Below are positions 38,076 to 53,317 of a DNA stretch of 64,000 nt, in pieces. The position numbers and the translations under genes were made by a program. Every line of letters begins with the position of its first letter. Within the stretch, counting starts at the first letter, position 1. Source of the stretch: Octopus vulgaris (lineage: Eukaryota); contig OX597816.1 of NCBI GenBank assembly GCA_951406725.2, positions 107,756,001 through 107,820,000 on the forward strand. Reading direction: 5' to 3'. The notes below the pieces were generated by a model that saw only the letters and a list, made by a program, of their open reading frames with translations, was not told the origin of the DNA and made no database searches.

Positions 38076-39242
38076 CACAAACGCACACACACACAGACAC
38101 ATGCATATATATACATTATGTAATACACATGCAAATGTTTAAATAAAGAGACCAATACACTCCATATGAAGTTAACAGAGTACATCTTAGCGGATCTCAA
38201 TTAAAGTACATCACAATGAGAGGACTAACCACATCACTCATTTTATCTCTCAGTAACCATACTATCTATCTCTATTCTATCTACCCAAATATTGTCATTT
38301 AGTATCCTATTTTTTCCTCTCATTTATTTTGTGATCACTCGATTTCAATTGCTCAATTTTCTGCTTGATTTATTTCTATGAATATTTTTTTGTGATTGTC
38401 TCTTGCTTTCATTACATCAGTTTTTAAACATTTAAAAATTTTTTTACTTTCTTTAAACCTGATTCTTTCTCCTTCACTTTCTCTTTTGTCTTCATATTCT
38501 CTCATCCACTCTTCTTTTTCTCTCTCTATCATGCACTGCCTACTCCAATAACTTTTTTCTTCATGCTTTCTCTTATTTCCCCCGTGTTTTCTCTTCGTTA
38601 TTCCTTCTTATAAACTTTTCAATCTCCTCGTTATTCATAGTTCTCTATTATTCCCTGCCCCATACACCGCCATTTTCTGTCTCTACTCGAAGCGTTCTTA
38701 GTCTTTTCACCACTTTACCTCTCTATTTTAGTTTCCAAATATATGTGCCCGTATGTGTTTTTTCTCCGTAAATTAATATATATGCATATATATACACATT
38801 GCTATCTCTCTCTCGCTCGCTCTCTTTCTAGATTCGTATGCATATTACACACACACATATATACCCCCACACATACTCTCTCGTTATTCTCCACTCATAC
38901 ACATTCTAATTTTCCTTCTACTCCTCTCTCTCTCTCTATCTAATATTCCCTTCCTATTTACACTCAGTATATTTGTCATATTTCCTTTTTCTTTAACTTT
39001 TTCATCTCTCTTCTCTTCACTGCTTTCCTCCTAATTTAATATCCGTTAACCTCTTAGTCTCTCTTACTCGCTGTCTTTCTTTACCCTCTTTCATTTCTTC
39101 CCCCTCAAACCATTCTCCAGGTCTTGTACTGTTCCTATGTCTCTCACTCTCCCTTTTATTTTCATGTTCGTCTTTTCTTGCATACAGATTATATATTTCT
39201 GATTTTGGTAATCAGTGAATAAACTTCACTGAAAATTAGATA

Positions 39243-39389
39243 TATATATTTACGAGGTCGGGACAGATATCTGCGTCTGGCGGGCGTCTGCTACTCTAGA
39301 CCGATGATGGACAAAGATCCTGAAACATGCGTGTCTCTAGATGCAGGCCTGGCTGCTGGGGGTGTTTGTCTCCCCTTCGTAAATATATA
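39243..39389 (+). ncRNA. Hairpin element of about 147 bp with a type I hammerhead motif at its apex (39295-39341)
   Basis: UCUAGA-CCGAUGA-U-GGA(CAAAGA)UCC-U-GAA-ACAUGCGUGU-C-UCUAGA. Perfect 13-bp terminal inverted repeat tatatatttacga/tcgtaaatatata. Confidence 0.65.
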
Positions 39390-40799
39390 AGGACACAGGA
39401 AAAAATGTGTCGAAGACATCAGGAAGCATCGATGCTTCCTAGGGCTAAACAGCGGTGGTGTAACCCCCTACTGTCACGTTAGATTGACAGTATACAACCA
39501 TTCGGAATTTATATCTTTTTCTCAAAAGAAAAGACAGAGCTCATGACCCTTTACAGGTCCTCTTGTACAGGTGAGAGGTAGGGAGGGAGGGACGGATGGA
39601 GGGGAGGAAGGAGGAAAGGATCCTCTGACCAAAACTCCGACCTGACTACCTGCAAGAGCGTGGACTCTGCTAAATCTAGTTTAGGTGCCAGGTTATGGTG
39701 TTAAAACGTGTGATAGACGGAGAGCACCAAGCAAGTACTACACACACAACGCAAAGAGCCAAAACAAGGCACTTATATCCCTGCTAATCCATTGTCCTAG
39801 ATTGCTAATATTTTTAGCAACTTTAAAAGATTGAAAAACAGATTTGATTGAAGTGGAATTTGAACTCATCGCGCAGAGAGTAAAAACAAATAACGCAATT
39901 CACTCAACTCGACGCGCTAACGACTCAGCTAATTCACCCAATCACCTGCCTTTCTTCTTCTAAATTCTTAATCTTTCACTTTTTCTCTTTCATTTTATTC
40001 TCTCTTTCTTTCTTGTTACATTTTTCTCATTCCTTCTCCCCACCCCTTTTATCTCTTACTCTTTCTTTTTTCTCTCTTACATCACTTTCTCCTTCCTGCT
40101 TACTCTCCATTTATACTCTTTCTTTCTCTCTGTTTCTCTTTCCACAACTCTATCCACTCTCCCCTTTCCCTTTTACTCTTCCACTTTATCTCCTACTCTC
40201 TCCTTTTATTTCTTACTCTCTCCCTTTCCACCTTTCTTTCTTTAACCTGTCCTATCACCTCCCCAATTCCTCTCCTATTATTGTGTTCCGTTGTTCAACT
40301 TTATCCTCTTCTTCTTCTCTCATTCTCTTTCTCTCTCTCATTTCAATTTTCCTCTCAACGCCCTCATTCTTATTTCATATGAAACTATGGCTTTATCATC
40401 TCCCTATTCTTATCTCCCTCTTACTCTTCAACTCCTCATCACACTCTTTCTTTCTCTCACTTTCACTCCTACTCTCTATCTCTCCCTATTCTTCGCTTGC
40501 GCTCTTCCCGCCTCTAACGTTCAATGTCAGACACGCATACTCAAACACACACACACGCGCTTATGGAAACGCACACACGTACACATACATAGGCTCACAA
40601 CCACAAACTCTCTCTCTCTCTCTCTCACCGTGTCGCTGCAACTTCAGTTTCTACATCGTTATGTAGAGGAATCGTTCATATGTGTATGACTTAAACTGGA
40701 GTACTGGAGTTTTAATTGATATATCTATCCATCTATCTGTCAATCAAGTTACTCCAGTTATCTTTCAGTCTACTCCTACATCTCCCAATCCCACTCTTT

Positions 40800-40844
<45 letters not shown>

Positions 40845-40863
40845 TTCTCTCTCTTTCTCTGCC

Positions 40864-40903
<40 letters not shown>

Positions 40904-40983
40904 TATATATATTTACATACATAAAATCAATTTACATATCTCTCAATTATGTATATATAATCTTCAAAAGTGTAACTCGGATT

Positions 40984-41027
<44 letters not shown>

Positions 41028-41361
41028 GCATTGTTATTGCTATAATTGTTATTGATATCAACATCCCTATTACTGTAGAAATACAAATGCGACTACAATT
41101 ACTATAAAAATTACAAATCGGTAAGTTTCATTAATTTTTCTTACGTTGGTTTTGATTATTATTATTATCATTTTTTAATTGTTATTGTTTTTTTATTGTT
41201 TACATGTGTTTTTATGCACCCACACTCCCACTGTACCTTGTTTTATAACAACGTTTTGTTTTTGTTGCTACCCCTGTGGTCCATAAAGAAATTATTATTA
41301 TCGACTGTCCCCTACAAAAAAAAAAAAAAAATTCAGGCCTTGCGCCTTTTGTAGAAAGGAC

Positions 41362-42094
<733 letters not shown>

Positions 42095-42318
42095 AAGGCG
42101 GCGAGCTGGTAGAATCTTTAGTTCGCCGGGCAAAATGCTTAGAGGCATTTCGTCTGCGTATACGTTGTGAGTTCAAATTCAGCCGATGTCGACTTTACTT
42201 TCCATCTATTCAGGATCGATAAATTAAGTATCAGTGAAATACTGGGGTCGATGTAATCGACGAGTTCCTTCCCTCAAGATTTCAGGCCTTGTACCCGCCT
42301 ATAGTAGAAAGGATTATT
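42095..42318 (+). mobile_element. SINE family A copy after (ATT)n
   Basis: Collinear with 5759-5968. Confidence 0.85.
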
Positions 42319-42461
42319 GTTTTTGATGTTGTTATTAATGATATCATTATTATTGTTATCATAACTATGGAACTTAAGCTTTTTAAAACATAACTTTAAA
42401 AAAAACGTAAGTGAAGAAAGAATGAGATTTTGTGACGTTTTGTCATTTAATGATTACAGAG

Positions 42462-42510
<49 letters not shown>

Positions 42511-42511
42511 G

Positions 42512-42605
<94 letters not shown>

Positions 42606-43121
42606 TAACCACAAGGGCCCAGACATTGAGGACACTACAAGGACGAATTGCAAACACACAGGTGGGTGTTTACAACGGATAAAAAGAAGCCAACAGAAAG
42701 AAAATATTTTTTTAAAAATCATTAAGAAAGTTTTCCAAATAGAGTAAAAACCATTTGGAAAGAGAAATAGATTAACGTCACTTCCAAGGAATCAAATGTG
42801 TCACTTCTCAGTTTCTTCCTTCCTACTCAGATAATATTACTCAGGGCTGGGTTGTTGAAATTCACCAGTTTCTCATTAGGGCTGATAATAATAATAATGA
42901 TGATGCTGAAGATCGTGATAATAATGATCATGATCATGTTCATCGTGATGATGATAATGATGATGATGATGATTATGACTTCTGTTATTTGACACATGAG
43001 TATCAAATGAAGGAGACATTGCATGGACAGTTTTCATTCCGTGTGAGAGTTTAGATAAAAGAATGTATGGTAGAGAAGCAGAGGAAAGAGAAATGAGAAA
43101 AAAAAATGTATAGAAGTTATG

Positions 43122-43170
<49 letters not shown>

Positions 43171-43477
43171 TGATGATGATAATAATAATAATAATAATAA
43201 TGATAATAATAATAATAATAATGATTTCATTTATTTGCCACTAGGGCGAAGGATGACGGGGACAATACAAAGACAGACATAAAATACGGGGGTTTACATA
43301 TAATGAAATGATAATGTAATAAAATAAGCAAAAAAAAAAAAATGTCAGAAATGGGGTAAATGTTAGTCGATTAAATCTCAATTCAGCTTTTGACTGGTTC
43401 TTTGTGTTGTATAAACACACACACACATAAAGATACATACATATACATACATACGCACATACATACATACGTATACA

Positions 43478-43510
<33 letters not shown>

Positions 43511-44149
43511 GATCCAAACCAAAATCCAGGAATGAAAAAATGCATAACATGAAAAACAGCACTACTAGCTACCACACGCATATTACGTAGGATGTAACAG
43601 AGACTAAGACAACCGAAACAAAACATTTTACGTACCCACAGAATTGCACCCGATTTTTGTAACTAAATCACAATATAATAAGACTACTAATAAATTTTAT
43701 TTGCCACAAGGAATGACAAGATACAACACAATGAATAAGAGGTTTGCAAAGAGGTATGGTTTCGAGGAAAACGAGTTATATAAAGATAAGGGAAGGGTGA
43801 AATAAATTATACAATATATTGTGATATTAAAAACAAAAATTATGGGGACATGGAAATAATTTTACAGAATGAATAAAATTATGAAACGAACACAATCATT
43901 GAAACCACACGCACGCACGCACACACACAGATGTATATAAACGTCCACTTGCTCAAAGAATTCACACTGTCGATTATAGGCACTTTAGCGTTCTGTTTAA
44001 AATACCCTTACTCCATATTTTCATATTTTCATAGTATTCTTGTAAGGCAGGAAAGCCTAGAATCTTGCCTGCTGAATTATTGAACCAGGGCCAGTGGGTA
44101 AGCAACGGCCCGTGTGGCTAATTGATATACAACGCATAGTTTATATAAT

Positions 44150-44760
44150 CGGATAATTTTATTAATTTTTATGTTTGTGTTATTTGTAGTTTGATAGTTT
44201 CTCCCCAATCAGCATTTTCTCTGGAGTATCCTCAGATATTTCAAATACGTATTAAATTAGCTCTTTTGTCAGTCTCACAAAGACCTGTAAAGTCAATTTC
44301 ATTCGAGAAGCAGATATAGTTTTCGTTTCATCATTAGAGATGGGCTCTTCACGGAGATGGCCTGTTTCATAGGAAATGGGTTCTTAACGTTCCTCGTACA
44401 TTTTCTTGCTTTTAAAAAAATCTTTTTTCGGTACGGGGGTGTTCTTTTTTCAGTTTTTACGCAAAAGTGTACTGATTTCACATGGTCCTCCATTTGGTTC
44501 TAATCTTTACACGTGAATAAACGTGAGAGAGGGTTTCTAAAGATTTCTCTTTTTCGCTATTTTTACTACTGTTGTGGGGGTACTCTGACCTTTATCTCCT
44601 CTTCGTTGTCAATGCTGGTTATGGTTAGAAGAGAGAGTTCTTGGGTGTTGTAGCTGATATGCGGACGAATCGTTTTATTTTCATGTTTACAGATCTGCGC
44701 TTTATGTCGTAATACCTCCTTAGAAGCATCGTCTTCCATGGCGTGTTACAGTTGTTATTT
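44150..44760 (-). mobile_element. Possible decayed LINE ORF1 (gag-like) 5' region; short second copy at 48250-48400
   Basis: MEDDASKEVLRHKAQI... from about 44739, against MEDDAPKEVLRHKAHI... at about 48384. An ETGHLR zinc-knuckle-like remnant lies near 44360. Confidence 0.4.
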
Positions 44761-46294
44761 TTCTCTATTCAGTCGCCTTTGGCTGGAAGCCCTCCCAAAT
44801 AAGTAGCAACTCGACTTTCTGCGCTAGATACTCAGTTATGCTTTTAGTTTTAGCACCCTATACTGGTCATAAATCTAGGATTGTTTTGTGAGCCGGTGGT
44901 GACCTTAGCCTAACACATATTGCCCTTTGTTGGGTCGATACTGGCTGCTGCTCTCTTATTCTGCTACGACAGTAACGAGCCAGGTATCAATCTCTCGTCA
45001 CTGAATGATTATCCTTATCTTTATACTTGTAGTTATTCTTCCTAAATATTGAAGGGGCTAGTTTATGAACAGGTACATCTTGTATTATTTGGACGTGTGC
45101 TATCACCTCCTTCTTTGTTTTTAAAGCAACATATGTGGTGCTACACCCTTTCTTTTAATAAAATTGCACTCCCCTTATCTAAGAGAACTGCCTACGGTTA
45201 TTCCTTTGATGAGATAAAGAGAGTCATCGAGGTCATGACAAAACACAGGTATGTAATCCTCCGCTTTTCCTCCTCTTAGGTCTCTAGGCAATAGATTCTC
45301 ATTGAATGAGCCTAGTCCTATGAATAAAATGTCTCTCTGTATTTTTCCTCTTATTGAAATTATTAATATTTCTTGTCGGCAACTATACTTGCAAACGATG
45401 AGGTCTGTCTCGTTTGTATTCGCAATATTTTTGTCTGATATAGTATACGTGTGTACGTGTCAATGTTGTTATTGGTTTTGTTATCGCTGATCAAGTTTTC
45501 AAACCAGTTAAATTACAACCGCTCTTTTCTTTCTGTTTTTTTTTTAAACATGTGTGCCTGTTGAGTATTGCAGCCTTCCCATCTTCTGCTTTTTTTTCTT
45601 TCAAATCTATACTAATATTTTGCGACGGTTTATACCAAAGAGGCGTATTCGCTATTGATAGTGCTACTACCATTGTAGCGAACGTCTCTTCCTGCTCCTC
45701 TACATGACGAAGCCATATTGAAATATGCGTGAGCGAAATATTAGAAACCCATAAAAAATGTCCCTGGGTACAAACCGTACTTCGACCATCCGCCCATCCT
45801 AAGATAAATGGGATGGACGCCATAATGATAAAGAAATCATAATGAATAAATCGCAATAAGGAAACATCTTCAAAACAGTGTCACCAGGTACGGGAACAAA
45901 ATGTACTGGAACAAAGTGGCGCATTCTAAAAGAGAATAATCAATTTAATTAGTCCAGTACTGACTCCTAAAAAGGGATAACTAGCGCCACCATGGAATTC
46001 TACGTCTTATAAATATTATATGTGTTGGGTTCAGAGGTTTATAAATCTTTATAACATTAGTTTATTATTTAAATGACTTGAATTATATCTCCTATTTCTT
46101 TCCGTAGTTATGGTTGTTTGAAGTGTAACTATCGAATAAAGACGCCCAGTAATATAAAAGGAGACTTTTCAGTCATTGTTAATACATTTAGGAAAGAGAT
46201 CAGTATTCCACATTGCTGTTTCTTCCCCTCCCTAAAAAATTAATTTTGGTAATTATAAGAATTGAAATCACAATTACTAATTATTATTATGAAA

Positions 46295-46600
46295 AGGTGG
46301 CGAGCTGCCAGAATCGTTACCGCGTCGGACAAAATGCTTAGCCATATTTCTTCCGGCTCTTTGCCTTCCGTCCTTTTTACGGATCTGTGAAATATGTACC
46401 AGCTAAGTTTCAAATCGATGAAATATGTACGAGTTGAGTACTAGGGTCGATGTGATCGAATTCCCCTTACACTCAAAATTGCCGGCCATGTGCCAAAATT
46501 AGAAAGAGAGTAAACAAAGTAGCTGTGTAGTGTTGGTGTCAATGTTATTAACTAACCCTTCTCTCCATCTTAGAATTGCTGGCCTTGTGCCTACATAATT
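46295..46600 (+). mobile_element. SINE family A copy (rearranged)
   Basis: ggtggcgagctgccagaatcgtta head, ctagggtcgatgtgatcga centre, duplicated ggccttgtgcc tail. Confidence 0.7.
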
Positions 46601-47179
46601 AATTATTAAGACTACAAGAAATTATATCATTATTACTTTATTTACTGTATGCTACCGTTGGCGTCAGAGCTTGATCCAATTTCAAATCATAGTTAAGGAA
46701 ACTGTGTCATTTATTTTTTAAATGTTATTTTTTTTAAACAGAACAAAACACCCTTATTTGTAGGATTCGAGTAAAGAAGGGGAATAATTGTGATTTCTCT
46801 GAGTTGTAACAAGAATGATGAAGAGTTACATTGAGTATAATACTACAAAGACAATACATAGAAACGATGAGGAAAAAAAAGAAAGGATATAAAAAATAGA
46901 TACACACATAAACATATATATATTTATATGTGTGTGTGTGTGTGTGTGCGTGGATTGTGTGTGTGTGCGTGTGCGTGCGCGTGCCTGAGAACGAGATCGC
47001 CATGTAAGCCTAGTTAGCACCCTCCCTGCACAAAATTCTGTGTACCAAAATTCACCAAAAGTAATATCTGCGATAGAAAAACTGTGATAGAAAATTCAGT
47101 TGGGAAGTGGCTATTAAGTACACAGAAGACAAAAGATTATATGCAGCAGCTTGTAATTAAATCCTTTTGCTTAAATAAA

Positions 47180-48245
<1,066 letters not shown>

Positions 48246-48984
48246 TTTAATGAAAGTGTATGATTGTGGCTAGAAGAGGAACCTCTTGGGTCATGTAGTT
48301 GGCATATAGACGAATCATTTTCTTCCGACGTTTCCCGATGTGTGCTTTATGCCGCAATACCTCTTTAGGAGCATCGTCTTCCATGGTTTGTTACTATAGA
48401 TAGAAAGTCCAGTTACAGCTTATTTGGCAGGGCTTTCAACTAAAGCCAAGTACTGAGGATGAAGGTATTGGATAATACACCTCACCTGCCAAATTTCAGT
48501 CAATGTCTTTAAATTACGGATATTTTGTACGGACATTTAGCGCTGTCAATGATGTTGTTGTTAAAGTTGTTGTTTTTGCTGCTGCTATCATTGCTGTTTG
48601 AATTTATCTAGCCACAAAGTCAACTGTCACATCAGTGTAACGTATTCCACTCCTCTTTGTTTCCAACTCCTATATCAACACTTCATTGTGACCACGTTGG
48701 CAACAACGGAAATAAATTACCGATACGATTATTACCATTTTTGGATATAAAATCTATCTCCACGGCCGCAACGATGGAATAAGCAACTAAGACTATCTAG
48801 GAATGTTAGAAACGGGTACAGGAATGTATGTGAAATTAAGAAGCTCGCTTTGCCATCACGTAGTTTTGATTTTAGCCCCGCTGCTTGGCACCTTGGGCAA
48901 GTGTCTTCTACTATATCCACAAGTTCACCAATATACATAGTGAGGGAATTTGATCGATAGAAACTATGTAGAAGCACGTCGCTT

Positions 48985-49022
<38 letters not shown>

Positions 49023-49129
49023 GACATGCTTTCACACACAGACATGTACACACACATACACGTACACACACACGCACGCGCGGATATAGATATATATTTA
49101 TGTGTATATATAAAATCAAAAGTTCTTCC

Positions 49130-49362
49130 CAAGCCTGTGGCACATGAGGCCGGTTCCCCAGATTCAGTGGTTGTATCTTCTACACTTGGACGGATCGCTG
49201 GTTCGACGAAAGATTGCTCGTTTTTGCCAGCTGACTGGACCGGAGCAACGTGAAATGAAGTGTTTTACACAAGAGCACAACGCATCGCCAAGTCACAAAT
49301 CAATCAAAATCTCAGTGTTACGATTATGAGTGCCAAACACCTAAGCACTAACCCACTCGCCT
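49130..49362 (-). mobile_element. SINE family C copy
   Basis: Minus strand ggcgagtgggttagtgcttaggtgtttggcactcataatcg...gcgttgtgctcttgtgtaaaacacttcatttcacgttgctcc. Confidence 0.7.
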
Positions 49363-49371
49363 GCAAGTTGT

Positions 49372-50470
49372 GTATACATACATAGAAACATACATACATA
49401 CATACATACATACATACATACATACATACATACATACATACATACATACAAACATACATACATACATACATACATACATACAACATACATACATACATAC
49501 ATACATACATACATACATACATACAAACAACTACCGCTGTCTGCACTACTCAGGCGAAAATCCTCCAGATAATGTTTGAGTAGTGGTTGCTGGTGAGGGT
49601 TTCACGATGTCAACTCCTTTAGTTACATTTTACGACACAAAGAAGAAACATTTGGACTATTCTTTGACATGCCAGTCCCCACACAGCACGTACATACACA
49701 CATACATACATACATATATACATACATACATACATACATACACACATATACGAATGCACGCATACCTAACACTCACAAACCCACGCACACACGTACATAC
49801 ACCCGCATACACACACACGCACACATACTCACACTCAAACATACACGCACACACGCACACACAACTACATGCACATACGCACACACGCACACGCACAAAC
49901 ACCCTCCGGCACACCCACTCAAAAAGCGCACATATACATCCACACACAACTCCTCGTTCAAACACACAGTTACGCACACTCACACATACACACGCGCACA
50001 CACAGAATACACACGCAGGCACTTACACACACACATGTACACACACATACACTTACCGCACACACATATATACACATGCACACACATGCACACAGATGTA
50101 AATAAACCCACACATACCTCCCACACACACACACACATACACGCGAACACACGCGCACAAGCACACACATACACATATAGATACGTACGCACACACAGAC
50201 ACAGGCACACACTGCACACAAAACTCACACTTACACAACATATACATTCACGCACACACACACATACTTAAAGCTACCAGTTAAATACCTTTCTACTGAC
50301 TATTTTCCTACGCACATGTGAAGGGACACACTACGCAAAAAGACAGCCACTCCTACTCTAAATTCTCACTCACACACACATACAAACAACCAAAACCACA
50401 CACACACACACACGTGCTTTTATTACACAAACAAACACAGACCTGCGTGCACGCACATACACAAACATAC
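49372..50470. repeat. (TACA)n and degenerate (CA)n tracts
   Basis: Read directly from the sequence. Confidence 0.9.
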
Positions 50471-50832
50471 CTTCTTCTCTCACACTCTCCTGTCTTATAA
50501 AAAACTTCTTTTTCACCCATTCCCTTCCGGTCATTTGAAAGTGTAACCACATGTGAATCGTTGTCGATATTCTTCCTCCGTCTGCCCTTCATTTGGACTT
50601 TTCTCTATATCTAAAGAAGAGCTTTGCTTGAAATGTTAAATCCCCTTTCTTTTCTTCCCTGAGCGTGTGAGAATACATTACTTGTACCACGTCATCGTGT
50701 TGTTGATTTTTCCTATTTGTTCTTCTTTATTTGGATTCACTATATACATACATACATACATACATACATACATACGTACGTACGTACGTACATACATACA
50801 TACATACATACATACATACATACATACATACA

Positions 50833-50863
<31 letters not shown>

Positions 50864-50894
50864 GTGTGTATATATATATATATTCTTTCATTCT

Positions 50895-51063
50895 GTTATT
50901 CTTTTACGTGTTTCAATCATTTTGACTGCTGTCACGCTGGAGCACCGCCTTTAGTCAACCAAATCAACCCCAGGACTTATTCTTTGTAAGCTTAGTACTT
51001 ATTCTATTGGTCTCTTTTGCCGAACAGGTTATCAAGCGATGTTGGAGGGAAAACACAGACAAG

Positions 51064-51159
<96 letters not shown>

Positions 51160-51309
51160 CGACGGGATTCGTTCAGTTTTGTCTACCAAATCCACTGACA
51201 ATGCCTGAGGCTATAGTAGAAGACATTTTCTCAAGTTACCATGCAGTGGGACTGAACCCGGAACCATGTGGCTGGTAAGCAAGCAACTTACCTCAGAGCC
51301 ATTCCTGCG

Positions 51310-51311
<2 letters not shown>
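50895..51311 (-). mobile_element. SINE family B copy with internal deletions
   Basis: Collinear with 36375-36786. Confidence 0.8.
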
Positions 51312-51383
<72 letters not shown>

Positions 51384-51485
51384 CATATATATAATATAAT
51401 ATAATATAATTATGTATATATATATAAATGATATATATCTATATACATACATACATACGTATATGTACATACTTACATCTATACG

Positions 51486-51516
<31 letters not shown>

Positions 51517-52284
51517 ATGTGTGCATATGTGAGCACAGAACATCACGAAACGTGTACGACAAAAATACGAAGTACGAGTAGATGGAATATGAACTATTTT
51601 TTCGAACAACGAAAAATACAAATGGGAAACAAGACAAACAATATAAAGAACGACCCTTCATCAGTTGTTGGCTGTTTTTCAACTCTTGTGTTTCGAGTAT
51701 TTTACAATAAGATACGCTTTCGATAAAACAGTTGCTATCGCAAGGCAAATTAAATAAAATTTCGGAATTTGCGGAGGGTCAAAATTTAGTAACACAAACA
51801 AGACAGTCAAAACAAACAGGAAGGCCTGCTATGCCTAAACGAGGTTGTGGTGGCAAACGCGTAAATCAAGCTTGGACAAGAGACAGAGGAAAACACGTCT
51901 TCCTTGATCCAGCTACAATGGAGAGAAAGAAAAACAAGTGAGGAGCAGAAAGAAAGATGGCTGATGGTCACGTGGGAGCCACGTGAGTAAGGGAGGAAGA
52001 GTGGGGGAGAGAGAGTGACAGACAGAGAACTGTGAAGGGGAGAGGAAAATTTGGAGATAGAATAAGTGAGAAAAAAACAGGAGGGGAGAAGGGGAGGTAG
52101 AAGAATAAGAGAAAGGAAGAGAGAAAAAACGAAAGAGTAATAGGATAGAAATGTGGGAGAACAGGAGGTAAAAGAATAAGAAAGAGGAAGAGAGAAACAC
52201 GAAAGTGTAAAAGGATAGAATAGAGAAAGCATCAGAATTATTATGATAAAACGTACTTATGCTTTATCTATATAAATATATATA

Positions 52285-53280
52285 TCATTTGAATAAAGTT
52301 ATAACATGGTCTGGTTTTTACGTTTTTTATTATTGTAGTTAAAAAAACATTTTTTCAATGTTGAAGTGTGTTAAATATTAAAAAAATATTTTGTAATGTT
52401 CATAAAGTTCAATTAGCAATTTCATACGTTCGTAGGAGTCATCAGATTTCAAAATGTATTTAATTGGCAGTTGAGTTCTTGACAACTGCAGTAAAATGAC
52501 TGACTTCTTTGTTATACCATTTAGAAGACTCCAGCCAGCTGAATTTTTCGAATACGGTTTTGACCAATCAGTATGTAGCTTGAACGTCACGGTTTGCCTG
52601 GTGCACCGATATTACTGGCATAGATCCCGCCTTTATTTTAACCAATTAGTTTGCGGTTTACATTTAATGGTTTTATGAGTGAGCAAACTTTGTTGGTTTC
52701 GACCATTTTTTTTTCAAACGGTGGGAGTCTTCTGTAATTTGCTTATATTCATATGTTAAAGATATTTTTAAATCTACGCCATTGTTATTATTTCCGTTCA
52801 GCATGGGTTTGAACATTTTAATAAAACGCTTTTCTTTTATCTTACTTCCAACCTCACTTGTGTCATGTAGTTTATGGAAATGAAAAATTAGAAACATTTT
52901 CTGACCACATGTTTCTATATGTTCGCTCAAAGGAATTCGGCGAACATTAGTGTTTTCGAATTTGTTGTCTGTGTACGCAGCTACATGCTGATTGGTCAAA
53001 ACCACATTCGAAAATTTCAGCTTGTTGGAGCCTCCCATAAGGCATAAAAAGGAAGTCAGTCATTTTACTACAGTAGTCAAGAATTCAACTGTCAGTTAAA
53101 TACATTTTGAAATCTGATGATTACTACGAACGTACGAAAGCACTAATTGAACTTTATGAATATTACAAAATATTTTTCTATTGTTTAGCACACTTCAACA
53201 TTGTAAAATCTTCTTAGAAATTACAATAATAAGAAACGTGAAAACCAGATCATGTTATAACAAAATTCAAATATTATATT
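52285..53280 (-). mobile_element. PLE remnant: GIY-YIG C-terminal fragment between diverged inverted arms of about 300 bp
   Basis: Arms at about 52285-52580 and 52978-53280 are reverse complements. The middle reads RRIPLSEHIETCG...KIKEKRFIKMFKPMLN, homologous to the end of the 29584-29910 ORF. Confidence 0.85.
53111..53148 (+). ncRNA. Minimal type I hammerhead motif (diverged partner on the minus strand at 52411-52448)
   Basis: AAU-CUGAUGA-U-UAC(UACGAAC)GUA-C-GAA-AGCACU-A-AUU. Confidence 0.65.
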
Positions 53281-53317
53281 ATTCTACACACGTTTTCACA
53301 AATTCGAAATATATATA

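Noticed and set aside
40013-40689. 217-aa and 132-aa S/L/F-rich ORFs
   Set aside because: CT-rich low-complexity sequence with no domain signal.
42605-42885. Possible small host exons between the AAT repeats
   Set aside because: Splice signals are weak or lack a pyrimidine tract, and the peptides are unrecognisable. RNA-seq would be needed.
51535-51760. CTGATGA on the minus strand near 51660 as another hammerhead
   Set aside because: I could not build stems II and III with a correctly placed GAAA. It is probably a repeat end, but the fold is unsupported.
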